64,000 bases of DNA from Nannocystis bainbridge (GCF_028368995.1 NZ_JAQNDL010000003.1:1600001-1664000), one strand, 5' to 3'. Numbered from the stretch's first letter, positions 9,441-19,207 are shown. Notes: generated from the sequence alone by a model not told the origin. Numbers and translations are program-made.

Positions 9441-10541
9441 TCAGCCCGATGCTTCCAGCAGCTGCCGACCGAGCGCCTCCGGACAGCGCCACAGATCGGC
9501 CACCGGCTCATACGGACACACCGTCGTGCGCGCGCCCGATCGCGGCGCGGCTGGCGGCGCATCGTCCGCCGCGATGTCCGTGAGCCTGGTGGTCTCGCGC
9601 AGCTGCAGGTCCGCGTGCCCGTCGCCGTCGACATCGCGGGCCAGCCACACCGTCTCCGCCGTCGACTCGCTGCCGCCGACATCCTCCGCGCGCATCGCAT
9701 ACCGACGCGTCGCCGAGAACTGCACGTGCATGTCGGCCACCTCGAGGATGAACCCGACCTCCCCGCTCTCGTGGTCCATCGCCTGATCGTGCTGCGGCCG
9801 CTCGACCGGCACGATCACCGTCAGCTCCGAGCGCCCGTCGCCGTCGATGTCGTACGCCTTGAACTTGTGCGGCACGTCGTCGACCCGCAGCGAAGTCTCG
9901 AACAGCCGCCTCCGCCCCAGCACCGCCCCGTCACGCACCCGCGCGACCTCCCACGCGAACACCTCGCGCCCGGCTGCCGACCACATCACGTGCCGATCGG
10001 CGATGACCCCTTCAAGGCACACGCTGAGCTCCCCCGGGGTCGCTTCACACGCGTCCACCTGCGCCTCCAACCCCGCCAGCGCGGCCTCGAGCCGGCCCGC
10101 TCGCCGCTCCTGCGCCCGCCAGGCCCGCGCGCCGTACCAGCGCAGCAGCACCAGCTCCTCGCGCCCGACGGCCCGCCGCTCGACGACCTCGACCACCTCC
10201 GCGTCCTCACCCGCGAGCACCCGCGCGAGCACCTCGAGCTCGGCCGTATTCGTCGTCGTCACCCCATGCTTCGCCGCTTCGACCTTCGTCGTCTCGGGTC
10301 CAACTACCTTCCCCGCTTCAACCTTCGTCCCCGGTCCAACATCCTTCGCGGCTTCAGCCTCCGCCTCCGCGACCTTCCCCATCACCTTGTCCGTCGCCAC
10401 CACCGCGACCTCCTTCGTCGGCGGAGCCACGACCTCGACCACAGGCCCGCCGGCCTCGGCATCACTCCCGCGACCGGTGCAGCCCATCGCACCGCCCAGC
10501 GCGACGATCGACAGGAGCGCGCGCAGCCTCGAGATCGACAT
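9441..10541 (-). CDS. Hypothetical lipoprotein with two DxDGDG motifs
   Basis: Lipobox-like ALGGAMGC; short EAAK/EAGK-VGP-TK repeats; DIDGDG and DVDGDG putative Ca-binding loops. Confidence 0.7.
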   Translation of the reverse strand: MSISRLRALLSIVALGGAMGCTGRGSDAEAGGPVVEVVAPPTKEVAVVATDKVMGKVAEAEAEAAKDVGPGTKVEAGKVVGPETTKVEAAKHGVTTTNTAELEVLARVLAGEDAEVVEVVERRAVGREELVLLRWYGARAWRAQERRAGRLEAALAGLEAQVDACEATPGELSVCLEGVIADRHVMWSAAGREVFAWEVARVRDGAVLGRRRLFETSLRVDDVPHKFKAYDIDGDGRSELTVIVPVERPQHDQAMDHESGEVGFILEVADMHVQFSATRRYAMRAEDVGGSESTAETVWLARDVDGDGHADLQLRETTRLTDIAADDAPPAAPRSGARTTVCPYEPVADLWRCPEALGRQLLEASG

Positions 10542-10589
10542 GCGGCCAGTCAGCCACGTTCGCCCCCGCCGCGTCAACCGTGCCTCGCC

Positions 10590-12791
10590 TCATGGACTCG
10601 CATCACCGATTCGCAACTCCATCAGATGTTCGTCCCGCCAGCGGGCGACCACTTTGACTCCCCCCTCCTTCCACGTCACCGACGAAGCTCCGGTCTTCTC
10701 CGGATGTTTCACGGTTGCGGGGTGCCCGACAGCCTGCGACAGAATCCTGTCCGCTGGCCACGACGGTGAGTGCAGCGCCCGCCGCCCGACCGGGCCGACG
10801 GCGTAGATTCCGTCACAGTTGCCCGCTGCATCGAAACTGAAGAAGACCTCGGATCCCTCGAGCAAGGCGACCGAGAGCTTCTTGCTTCGCGAATGCAGCG
10901 GGGGGAACAGCGCGCGCAAGGTCGCCTCGTCGGCACCGATCGCAGCAACCTTGGCGTGTTCGTCGTTCACCCAGGTCTTCGCTTCCTTCGCCAGCGCCTG
11001 CAGCTCCTCGTCGTCCTTCAAGACAGCAAGCGTCTGTTCGGCCAGGGTTCCGACCTGCCCGAGCGCTTGAAGTCGCTCACCGGAGGCTTCTGCACCCAGC
11101 TCGCGGCGCACGAGCACATCGACGATCTTCCCTTTTGCCCGCTCGACTGCGGCGGCCCTCGCGGTGCTCCCCTGCGCAGCGTTGGCAGCCCTGGCGATCG
11201 TCAAACGACAGGGCTCGTCGGTGCACTGGCTGCTCCGCGAATCAATCGCGCGTGCCCGCTCCTCCGCGAGCTCTGGATCGCCGCGCCAGCTCTCGGCAAA
11301 CCACCGATCGATCGCGCCTTCGGCGTCCGTCGCATGACCATCCGCCACGAGCCTGCGGATCTCCGTCAGGCGCTCGGCTCGCGCGATCGTGGCCGCCGTC
11401 GCGGAGCGTTCCCTCCCGTGAGCAGCGATCTGATCCAGTCGCTTGAGCCGCTCCTCCCCCGCGGCCTCGTTCGCCTCGGCCAAAAGGATGGTGTCCTCGG
11501 CCTCGACGAAGGTCTGGTCGCTCGTCTCGCGCAGCGCCGCCAGCACCACGCGGGCCCGTCGTGTATCGCCGACGGCGAGCGCCTGATCGATCTCTTCGGC
11601 GGAGGGGCGAGCCACCACCCCGACGATGGCCATTGCCAGCAACGCGGCCGCCCAGAGCCCGAGGCACACCTGCTCGACTCGCTTCAGCCCCTTGAATCCC
11701 TTGCCGGTGCCCCATATTCGGAGGACTCCGCCTATCCATAATACCGCCAGCACCGTCGCCCCGAGCCATAACAGGCTCGTCGCACCGGCGGCATCTTTGA
11801 AGTACTCCGAGCGCCCGGTCGTGGAGCTCGGCATTGCGCTGCATACACTGACGAAGAGGGCGAGGATCGGCCACACGAAGAGCCGGCGACGAATCGGTCG
11901 CTTGGCTTCGGGCGTGCTGGCACCGACGAGCTGGTGGCCGGAGAGTACGAGCACGCCCGAGGTGCCGCACATGGCGTAAGATACGTCTCGTCGCGGCACC
12001 CGCAGCTGGATATAGTGCTGCTGCGCGACCCGCTCGAGGCGCGGGTCGACCCCCGCCGTCGCCCCCTGGACCGCCGAACGGCCATCCAGCTCCAGATCCG
12101 CGAGCGGCAAGGGGCCGGGAGCTTTCCGGTCGACGGCCACCGTGAACGCGGCGACGTCGTTCTCCCTCAGCAATCGAGGTTCGGTGAGCTGGCGATGAGC
12201 CAACGCGACGGGGGACTGAGGCTGGACCACGACGCTCACGCGTCTGGTCTCCACGAACGTGAGCCACGCCCGCTGATGGCCCGAGCCGTTGCAAGTCGTG
12301 CACGGAACGTTGCCGCGTCCCGCACAATTTCCACAACTGGCCTGCCCCGTTCCCTTGCACTGCTTGCACTTGTTGAGGCGGTTCGTGCTCGGGTTGCGGA
12401 ACCGCCCGGCGCCGCCACAGTTCGAACAGGAGACGCTCGCGCGGCCGCTGCACACCGAACAAGAGGCGGTGCCGGAGGCTCGACAGATCATGCAGCGCAC
12501 CACATGGGTCGTGCGTGCCTTCAAATCCTGAGCCGGGTAGGCGAACGGATCGAGCCGGGCGGGATCGACGCTCGGCTGCGTCACACCACGTTCGCTCGTC
12601 GTCGTGCGCTCTTCCCGAAGATCTCGGCGAATGATCTCGGTCAGCACCCGGTGGAGCACCTCGTCTTTGTTCTCGACCCCCGAGATCAACGATGCGAGCG
12701 CTCGCGGAGCGCCGAACACACTCCGAGCCCAAAGGTTGGCCGCTTCTGCGACATCGGGAGTGACAGGGGGGCTCGCGGGTCGGTCTACCAT
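10590..12791 (-). CDS. Membrane protein with DnaJ-type Cys-rich Zn-finger repeats, last gene of the His-Xaa-Ser operon
   Basis: Six CxxC motifs, most followed by xGxG-like residues (CMIC, CSVC, CSNC, CKQC, CGNC, CTTC). About three hydrophobic helices follow, then a large helical C-terminal region. Start overlaps the hxsA stop. Confidence 0.8.
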   Translation of the reverse strand: MVDRPASPPVTPDVAEAANLWARSVFGAPRALASLISGVENKDEVLHRVLTEIIRRDLREERTTTSERGVTQPSVDPARLDPFAYPAQDLKARTTHVVRCMICRASGTASCSVCSGRASVSCSNCGGAGRFRNPSTNRLNKCKQCKGTGQASCGNCAGRGNVPCTTCNGSGHQRAWLTFVETRRVSVVVQPQSPVALAHRQLTEPRLLRENDVAAFTVAVDRKAPGPLPLADLELDGRSAVQGATAGVDPRLERVAQQHYIQLRVPRRDVSYAMCGTSGVLVLSGHQLVGASTPEAKRPIRRRLFVWPILALFVSVCSAMPSSTTGRSEYFKDAAGATSLLWLGATVLAVLWIGGVLRIWGTGKGFKGLKRVEQVCLGLWAAALLAMAIVGVVARPSAEEIDQALAVGDTRRARVVLAALRETSDQTFVEAEDTILLAEANEAAGEERLKRLDQIAAHGRERSATAATIARAERLTEIRRLVADGHATDAEGAIDRWFAESWRGDPELAEERARAIDSRSSQCTDEPCRLTIARAANAAQGSTARAAAVERAKGKIVDVLVRRELGAEASGERLQALGQVGTLAEQTLAVLKDDEELQALAKEAKTWVNDEHAKVAAIGADEATLRALFPPLHSRSKKLSVALLEGSEVFFSFDAAGNCDGIYAVGPVGRRALHSPSWPADRILSQAVGHPATVKHPEKTGASSVTWKEGGVKVVARWRDEHLMELRIGDASP

Positions 12792-13438
12792 TCGATCTTC
12801 ACCGTGCCGGTCTGGCCATCGAGGATCTCGATCGTGACCTCATGATCACCGAGAAACCGGTTCTGAACGCGTACCGTATGAGAGCCGGGTTTCAGCACGT
12901 GCTTGCCCGTCGCGTCAGTCCCCAGCTCCTTGCCATCAACGAAGATCTTTCCGCCCGGGAAGGCCTCGAACGACACGTTTGCCGGCTTGGGCGGCTTCGG
13001 CTTGACGGGCTTCGGCGCCGGCTCCGGCGGCGGATGGACGGCCTTGCTCCCTCCGTGGCCGCTGCTGCTGCTGCTGCTTCCGCTGCTGCTGCCGCCGCTG
13101 CTGCTGCTGCTGCTGCTGCCGCCGCCCCCACCACCGCCGTAGCCGGAGGAGGGAGGCATCGCCGACATGTGCGAGGCGTGCGATCGATGGTACGAGCCGG
13201 ACGAGTGGCTGCTGTGGGAACGATGCGACGAATGAGACCGATGCGATCGATGTGCCAGGAGCGGCAGCTCGACGTCGGAGGGCGCCAGGAGCAGCGCCGG
13301 CGCGAGCTCTTCCTCCGGATCTTCCGTCCGCTTGCCGATCCGCGCCGCAGCGTCGGGGACGAGCAGGCCAGTCCCGGCTGCAGCCCCGAGCACGGCGAGA
13401 AGCGCGGCACCCAACGTCTTCAGTTTCCCCGATGCCAT
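12785..13438 (-). CDS. hxsA: His-Xaa-Ser repeat precursor fused to a C-terminal PEGA-like domain
   Basis: HRS-HRS-HSS-HRS-HSS-HSS-GSY-HRS-HAS-HMS, Gly/Ser and Pro-rich linkers, then PGGKIFVDGKELG...LKPGSHTVRV (PEGA-like). Sits beside two radical SAM genes. Confidence 0.88.
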   Translation of the reverse strand: MASGKLKTLGAALLAVLGAAAGTGLLVPDAAARIGKRTEDPEEELAPALLLAPSDVELPLLAHRSHRSHSSHRSHSSHSSGSYHRSHASHMSAMPPSSGYGGGGGGGSSSSSSSGGSSSGSSSSSSGHGGSKAVHPPPEPAPKPVKPKPPKPANVSFEAFPGGKIFVDGKELGTDATGKHVLKPGSHTVRVQNRFLGDHEVTIEILDGQTGTVKIEW

Positions 13439-13441
13439 GCC

Positions 13442-14638
13442 TCAATCCTCCCTCTGTGCGACCATCGGTCCGCTCTGCTCCGCGATTGCGAACGGAGCGA
13501 TCCCGCGGCTCCGCCGCACCACCGATGAAGCGAAGAACCCTCCGCACCGGGCTCGCGCCTCACATCGGGCGCACTCTTCGAGATATAGGTTCTTCCAGTC
13601 CGAGATCGACGCTCGTGCGAATCGGTGCAAGACCGGGTCCAGGACGCAGAGCTGATGGTTGTAAATGGACACGTGCATCCGCGCCCTGTCGAGGATCTCT
13701 ACCGCCTCGGCCAGCTCGCGCTGGTAATCCAGCGGATCGATCCATATTGCGTCGAGGTTGGAGCGAGCAAACCCCATGAGCTCGAGGCCCATCAGCGCGA
13801 CGTGGTCGACGAACAGGAGGTTCCTCGCCACGAAACGGGCGAAGGCCGGGAGCCTCTCGACCGTGTCGCGCTGGACGACGAAGCGTAGCTCGACGCGCAC
13901 CCGGTGCCGCTTGAGGTTCAAGATCCCTCGGATCGTCTGATCGAACGCGCCTCGGGCCTGGACCACGAAGTCGTGGACCTCGGGTAGATCGCCGTACAGC
14001 GGGATCCCCAGCATCAGATCTGGATGGCCGACCTTCGCCAACGCGAGGGCGAACTTCTCGTCCGCGAAGGCACGTCCGTTCGAGAGGATGTGGAGCGCCG
14101 TTCGTGGCAAGAACCGACGAAATCGATCCACCAGGTCCACCAGACGACTCCCGAGGAGGCCAGGCTCACCGCCGGTGATCCCGATCTCGGGCGTCTCCGG
14201 CGACATCATCGGGATGATCTCGAACAGCTCGTCGACCAGCCAGCCGTCGTCGCGCTCCTTCGGCGGTTGCGAGCACATGACGCAGTAGTTGTCGCATCGC
14301 TCGGTGACGAGCATGGAGTTGAAGGCCGAAGAGCGCCGGTACAGCACCGTCAACCCACTACGCTCGGGATGAATCCGGATGATGTCGCCGTCACCGAGGA
14401 AAGGAAATTCGGCGCCGATGAAGAAGACATTCGGCTGCCGGGCAACGCCTGTCTCGCTCCGCGTCAAGTAGGCTCGAAAACCGCCGGGGAGCTCGCATGG
14501 ACCCTCGACGAGCAAGATTTCACGAGAACGTGCGGCTGCAGGGAGCGCCGGGTTGGTGCATACGCGCCCGAGGAACGGCTCGGGCGACCGCTCGGGCGAC
14601 AGAGCGCGAAGGCTTCGTCCGTGGAGCTTGATCAGCAT
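13442..14638 (-). CDS. hxsC: His-Xaa-Ser system radical SAM maturase HxsC
   Basis: LVTERCDNYCVMCSQPP (CxxxCxxC), GITGGEP, LSNGR, SISDWKN, C-terminal CxxC....CGGFF. Confidence 0.92.
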   Translation of the reverse strand: MLIKLHGRSLRALSPERSPEPFLGRVCTNPALPAAARSREILLVEGPCELPGGFRAYLTRSETGVARQPNVFFIGAEFPFLGDGDIIRIHPERSGLTVLYRRSSAFNSMLVTERCDNYCVMCSQPPKERDDGWLVDELFEIIPMMSPETPEIGITGGEPGLLGSRLVDLVDRFRRFLPRTALHILSNGRAFADEKFALALAKVGHPDLMLGIPLYGDLPEVHDFVVQARGAFDQTIRGILNLKRHRVRVELRFVVQRDTVERLPAFARFVARNLLFVDHVALMGLELMGFARSNLDAIWIDPLDYQRELAEAVEILDRARMHVSIYNHQLCVLDPVLHRFARASISDWKNLYLEECARCEARARCGGFFASSVVRRSRGIAPFAIAEQSGPMVAQRED

Positions 14639-14642
14639 GGGT

Positions 14643-16103
14643 TCAGATCCAGCTCTGCAGGACTCGGCGGGCGGACGCGTCGTCCTCCATGAGGGCGATC
14701 AGGTGGCGGAGCACGGCCATCTGCTTTTTACAGAAGGACGAGAACGCCTTGTGGCCGATCACGTCTCCCTGCGTCGCCTTGTGAAAGACGGGGTCAGACC
14801 CGCAGTAGGGCATGAAGGCACAGTCGCTGCACATCGGCAGGCCCTCGAGCATCGAATCCTTCAACAGGTCGACGAGGGTATCGCTCGTCATGACCTCCTC
14901 GAAGGAGTCCTCGTCGAGATGCCCGAGTCTGAAGGTGTGATCGCCCATCTCCGCGAGCATTCTCCCCTCGTCGGAGGCATAGATCGCCCCATCATAGTTG
15001 TAGATGATGCCCGCGATCCCGAGCCCCGCCGGCGATTGCAAGTCGACGTAGCCGTTGCCGACAGGCGCGAACATCTTCTGCAGCAGGATGGCCGCGAATT
15101 CCTCGCGCATGGGATAGCCGCTGAGGTTGAGGTCGATGATATGCCGGAGCCCTTCGACGTAGAACTTCACCCAGTCGTCCACGTCGTAGCGGCGGACCAG
15201 ACTCGTGCGCACCGCGAAACCGTAAGGGCTCAGGCTGCGCAGGAATATCGAGTGAAAGCCCTGCTTGACGTACTCGTCGACGATCTCCCGCACCCGCGGC
15301 AGGCTCCCGGGCGAGGTCGTCATCAGGGCTGCTACCGCGTCAGGCCCGAGCGCTTCTCGGATGCGCTGGATCCCGTCGACCGCGGCGCGGTAGCTGCTAC
15401 CTCGCGGCAAAGCCCGGCGCTCGTCGTGCAGATCCGCGGGACCGTCGAGGGACGTCGAGAAGTAGATCCGGTGCCCCTTGCAGAAATCCAGGATCTCGTC
15501 GTTCAAGCGGGTCAGGTTCGAGGCGATGACGAACACGAGGTCGCGTCCGTGCTCCCGATTGAGGGACTCGGCCCGAAGTACGACGTGGCGGATCAAGTCG
15601 AAGTTGAGCAGGGGCTCTCCGCCTTGAAACTCGATCTTGATCGCGGGCGAGGGGCTGCGGAACACGAACTCGACTGCCCGGTCGGCGTGAGCCTGGCTCA
15701 TGTCGAAGCGGCTCTTCTCCTCCATCTGGCGCGAGACCTGGCAGTAGCTGCAGGTGTGGTCGCAGCGCAGCGTGACCACGAACATGTGCAGCGCCGTGAA
15801 GTCGGCGATCCGATCCGCCCGGCTTCGGTACTTGAGCGCGAGCAGATCGAGCGCGACCCTGGATTCGCCGTCGAACAGGAAGTGTCGGCTCTTGAGGTCG
15901 GCGTACAGCGGTGTGCCCGGCTGCAGTTCGTGCCGGAGCAGCGCCTGCAGCGCGGGCCGCTCCAGGACGACGTACTCCCCCACGTCGTTGGTGATCACGT
16001 AACGCCTGTCGTCGAGCCGAGAAAATCTGGCCGGCAGCAGCCGATAGGGGCCGCTCGGCGCGAAGGCGGAACGATCGCGGAAAGTGTCGGCGAGCTGGTT
16101 CAT
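14643..16103 (-). CDS. hxsB: His-Xaa-Ser system radical SAM/SPASM maturase HxsB
   Basis: LHMFVVTLRCDHTCSYCQVSR, IEFQGGEPLLNF, YVDLQSPAG, SDEGRMLAE, CSDCAFMPYCGSDP. ATG at 16103 overlaps the hxsD stop. Confidence 0.93.
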   Translation of the reverse strand: MNQLADTFRDRSAFAPSGPYRLLPARFSRLDDRRYVITNDVGEYVVLERPALQALLRHELQPGTPLYADLKSRHFLFDGESRVALDLLALKYRSRADRIADFTALHMFVVTLRCDHTCSYCQVSRQMEEKSRFDMSQAHADRAVEFVFRSPSPAIKIEFQGGEPLLNFDLIRHVVLRAESLNREHGRDLVFVIASNLTRLNDEILDFCKGHRIYFSTSLDGPADLHDERRALPRGSSYRAAVDGIQRIREALGPDAVAALMTTSPGSLPRVREIVDEYVKQGFHSIFLRSLSPYGFAVRTSLVRRYDVDDWVKFYVEGLRHIIDLNLSGYPMREEFAAILLQKMFAPVGNGYVDLQSPAGLGIAGIIYNYDGAIYASDEGRMLAEMGDHTFRLGHLDEDSFEEVMTSDTLVDLLKDSMLEGLPMCSDCAFMPYCGSDPVFHKATQGDVIGHKAFSSFCKKQMAVLRHLIALMEDDASARRVLQSWI

Positions 16104-16414
16104 CAGCGCTGCAGCAGGTCGGTGCGCGAGAACGCGTGCGCCAGGATCAGGGACCGCAACGCGTCCGTCTCCTCGTGAAGCTGAGCGCGAAGCTCCTCGT
16201 CGAGCAACTCTTGGTAGAAGACTCGGACGGCCTCCGCAGCGGCGGTATCGCTCGTCCGCGGCGGAAACGTGAAGCGCAGGATCGGCTCGTCCGAGTCCGA
16301 TGGTTCGAGGCGGACCGTGCACCGCTCCGCTACCCGATAGGCGGCCTTCTTGATCGCCGCTGGCCTGTATGTCTGTACGTCGATCCTCGTGTCGAACCTG
16401 TCATCGGCCGTCAT
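16103..16414 (-). CDS. hxsD: His-Xaa-Ser system small protein HxsD
   Basis: About 103 aa: Y...AIKKAAY...F.QELLDEELR.QL.EET..LR.LILAHAFS. First gene of the operon. Confidence 0.88.
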   Translation of the reverse strand: MTADDRFDTRIDVQTYRPAAIKKAAYRVAERCTVRLEPSDSDEPILRFTFPPRTSDTAAAEAVRVFYQELLDEELRAQLHEETDALRSLILAHAFSRTDLLQR

Positions 16415-16651
16415 GCCCGCTCCCAATACATGCGTCCCGCGACGCACTGGCTATGGCCCGAGGATAGAGGTTTCTTCGCCGATCTTCCAGCGCGCGCCAG
16501 GCGAGCATAGGTGGCACACAAACGCTGTTATCGAAGACAGTGGAAGTACGCTTCTCGGGTCGGATGAGCGTCAGCCTCGCCGGCTGGGTCTTCATCTGCG
16601 GAGATGATGCGGGTGGACACGTATGACACTTCCACCCGCCGGCTCGCGCAT

Positions 16652-16679
16652 GGGCTCCCGCCTCGTGAGGCGCGAGCCC
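16652..16679. terminator. GC-rich stem-loop after the di-heme cytochrome gene
   Basis: GGGCTC-C-CGCCT-CGTG-AGGCG-C-GAGCCC inverted repeat, 15 bp past the stop at 16695 (minus strand). No U-tract. Confidence 0.4.
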
Positions 16680-16694
16680 GCCGCTGCTGCCGTC

Positions 16695-18290
16695 TCACAG
16701 CGTCTTCAGGTACTCGATCACCGCCCGTCGCTCCTGCGCATCGAGGTGGTCACCGAACGGGTGCCCCGTGTTCCAGTGGCCCGTGATGGTCGTATCGTAC
16801 ACGTGCTTGCGTTCGTCGGCCGGCGCCCCGTCCTGGCCGTACGGCAGCTCGACCCATGGCCAGCCGACCGCCTCGGGGTCGTAGTTCGTGCTGTCGTAGT
16901 CTTCGCGGCGCCACCATTTCGGCCGGGCCTTGCTGTTCAGCACCAGCTCGATCGTCGGCACCGACGCATTGTGAAGGTACGGCGCGCTCGCCCAGATGCC
17001 GTCGAGCGGCGGCGCCACGTAGCCGACGAACGGGTCGCCGGTGGTGAGCTGGCCGACGTCGCCGTACCACGATGAATTGAACCAATCGGCGAACGGGCGC
17101 GCGTCGGCCTCGAAGGCCAGCAGCGGGTCGGTGCCGATCGTCGCCAGCGGCAGCAACATGTTCGGGTACGTCTCGAGCGCTGGATCGTCCGAATACGTGC
17201 CGTGGCAGCACGAGCAGTCGCGCACGAAGATCTCCTGGCCCTGGGCGGCCAGCTCCGCGTCGATCGCAAACGGGTACTTCGGCGCCTCGACCGACTCGAT
17301 GAACGCGCGGATGTTGTTGAAGTAGGAGAAGATGCCCTCCGCCTCCTCGACCGAATCGGTGCACAGGGCGCTGGCGTAGATCATCGTCGCCCGGTGGTCG
17401 CCGCGCGACATCCCGTTCCAGAACAGCCCGTGCTTCTTCTTGGTGTGCCACCACGGCGGCGTGTCGACCGGCAAGATGACCTCGGGCACCACCGTGTTCG
17501 GCTCGTCGAGCCACTCGAGCGTGTTGGCGTCATGGCGCGTCGAGAGCACCGCCGCCAGCGAGTCCGCCGGGTTGGTGCCGACCACCAGCATGCGCGTGTA
17601 GTCGCCGACGGCCTGGTAGCGCTGGGCCATGCGCGTCAGCTCCTCGAGCCCCGGGATCGGGATGCCGGGGATCGGGATCTCGGCCAGAAATCCGCCGATC
17701 TGCTCGGTGTAATCGGCGTCGGCCTTGCCGAGGCCGATGACCAGCTCGCCGTTGAATTTGCCGGCGTGACACTCGAGGCAATTGAGCGAGACGATCTCGG
17801 CGCCGCTGCTCTTCGAGGTGTGCACGGTCCAGTTGTAGGGCACCTGGGCGTTCTTGCCGGTGCGGCCGGGGAGCGACTCGCCCTCGCCGAACGACCCGAG
17901 GAGCGGGGCGGCCAGCGGAAACAAAACGAAGGGGATCCCGCACGAGACGTAGCCCTCGTTGAGGAGGGCGTGATAGCCCGCGGCGGCGTCGCCCTGGACC
18001 TGCTCGCTGCCGGGGATCGGGTAGCCCATAGCGCAGGCGGCCGGCGGCGGGTCGTCGCCGTCGGTGGTCGCCTCGCCGTGCGACGAGCCGGTCGTCGGCG
18101 GGTCGACCCCCGAATCACTGGCCTCGGTCGGGCCCGGGCCGGCGGTGTCCGCCGTCGTGCTCGCGCTGCCACCATTCGTGCCGTCGCTGCCGTCGCCGTC
18201 GCTGCCCTGGGCCGGCGGGTCGCCGTCGCCGCAGGCGGCCAGGGCCAGACATGTCGCTGCAATCCACGTTCTCTGCGTCATCGATGCCAT
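16695..18290 (-). CDS. Di-heme c-type cytochrome lipoprotein, RoxA/MauG-like
   Basis: Strong RBS (AGGAGGAG), lipobox LALAAC, two heme motifs CLECH and CSCCH, PPWWH, YVAPPLDGIWASAPYLHNASVPT, terminal N.GH.F...L...ER.AVIEYLKTL. Confidence 0.85.
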   Translation of the reverse strand: MASMTQRTWIAATCLALAACGDGDPPAQGSDGDGSDGTNGGSASTTADTAGPGPTEASDSGVDPPTTGSSHGEATTDGDDPPPAACAMGYPIPGSEQVQGDAAAGYHALLNEGYVSCGIPFVLFPLAAPLLGSFGEGESLPGRTGKNAQVPYNWTVHTSKSSGAEIVSLNCLECHAGKFNGELVIGLGKADADYTEQIGGFLAEIPIPGIPIPGLEELTRMAQRYQAVGDYTRMLVVGTNPADSLAAVLSTRHDANTLEWLDEPNTVVPEVILPVDTPPWWHTKKKHGLFWNGMSRGDHRATMIYASALCTDSVEEAEGIFSYFNNIRAFIESVEAPKYPFAIDAELAAQGQEIFVRDCSCCHGTYSDDPALETYPNMLLPLATIGTDPLLAFEADARPFADWFNSSWYGDVGQLTTGDPFVGYVAPPLDGIWASAPYLHNASVPTIELVLNSKARPKWWRREDYDSTNYDPEAVGWPWVELPYGQDGAPADERKHVYDTTITGHWNTGHPFGDHLDAQERRAVIEYLKTL

Positions 18291-18570
18291 CGCGTACTCC
18301 TCCTCCTGGACCGTCGCGCCGCCGCTCGCAGCGACGGCGGGCCCACCCGCTCGCCGGCGCTCCGCTGCGTACCTCGGTCCGGACCTCTGCGCCCCCGCGC
18401 CACGTCGCGCTCCCACGCCGCCACGGCGGGCGCCGGGCGCACGGGCCCGATTGCATGGAGCTGACGAGAACACTGTACATGGGCGGACTATCGTCATTCC
18501 GGCGCGCCGGAATGGGCATTGGGGGGCTCATGCCCCGAGCGCGTCGCCCGGGCGGGCGACGCCGCGAATG

Positions 18571-19194
18571 TCAGGCCTGGGCGGCTCGCAGGGCGCGGGA
18601 GATGTGCGCCCGCATCAGCGCGTGCAGCTCCTTGACGGGGATGTCGGGGTTGACGAGCCAGCGGTAGAGGAGGCCGTCGACGACGCTGGCGAACAGCTCG
18701 GCAGCGAGCCCCGGCGCGACGCCGGCCGCGATCTCGCCGTGGGCCTGGCCCTCCTCGATCCACCGGGTGAGGGCGCGGACGTGGGCCTTGTTCAGCTTGG
18801 CGACGTTGGCCCGGTATTCGGCGCTCGGATCGATGCTGGCGTAGCGCAGCAGGTACATCGCCCGCAGCCCCTGCGGCTCGTCGACGATGAATTTGTAGAG
18901 CGCGTCGGTGACCCGCTGCAGCGCAGCGACGCCGGTGGCGCGACCGACCACCCCCTGCACCCGTCGCAGCCACTCGGCGGCGATGCTGTCGTGCACGTGG
19001 GCCAGGAGCCCCGCCTTCGAGCCGAAGCGATGCGTGACCAGCCCGCGCGAATAACCCGAGCGCTCGCCGATGCCGGCGAGCGTGGTGCCGGCGATGCCTC
19101 GCTCCACCAGCAGGCTCACGGCGGCCTCCGTCATCAATTGCTCGGACATCGCAGTGCGCTCCTCCTGGGTCCGCCGTCTTGCCTCGGAAATCAT
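18571..19194 (-). CDS. TetR/AcrR family transcriptional regulator
   Basis: RTQEERT...L.EAA..L..ERG...TT...I....GYSRGL..HRFGSK HTH. Confidence 0.92.
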   Translation of the reverse strand: MISEARRRTQEERTAMSEQLMTEAAVSLLVERGIAGTTLAGIGERSGYSRGLVTHRFGSKAGLLAHVHDSIAAEWLRRVQGVVGRATGVAALQRVTDALYKFIVDEPQGLRAMYLLRYASIDPSAEYRANVAKLNKAHVRALTRWIEEGQAHGEIAAGVAPGLAAELFASVVDGLLYRWLVNPDIPVKELHALMRAHISRALRAAQA

Positions 19195-19207
19195 CGAGCG
19201 TTTTTTC

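Noticed and set aside
13058-13140. GCT/GCC trinucleotide run as a contingency microsatellite
   Set aside because: It is the in-frame poly-Ser/Gly linker of HxsA; triplet slippage would not switch frame.
10560-16690. Hxs region as a bounded mobile element
   Set aside because: I found no integrase, transposase, tRNA or flanking direct repeats. Only the compositional hint remains.
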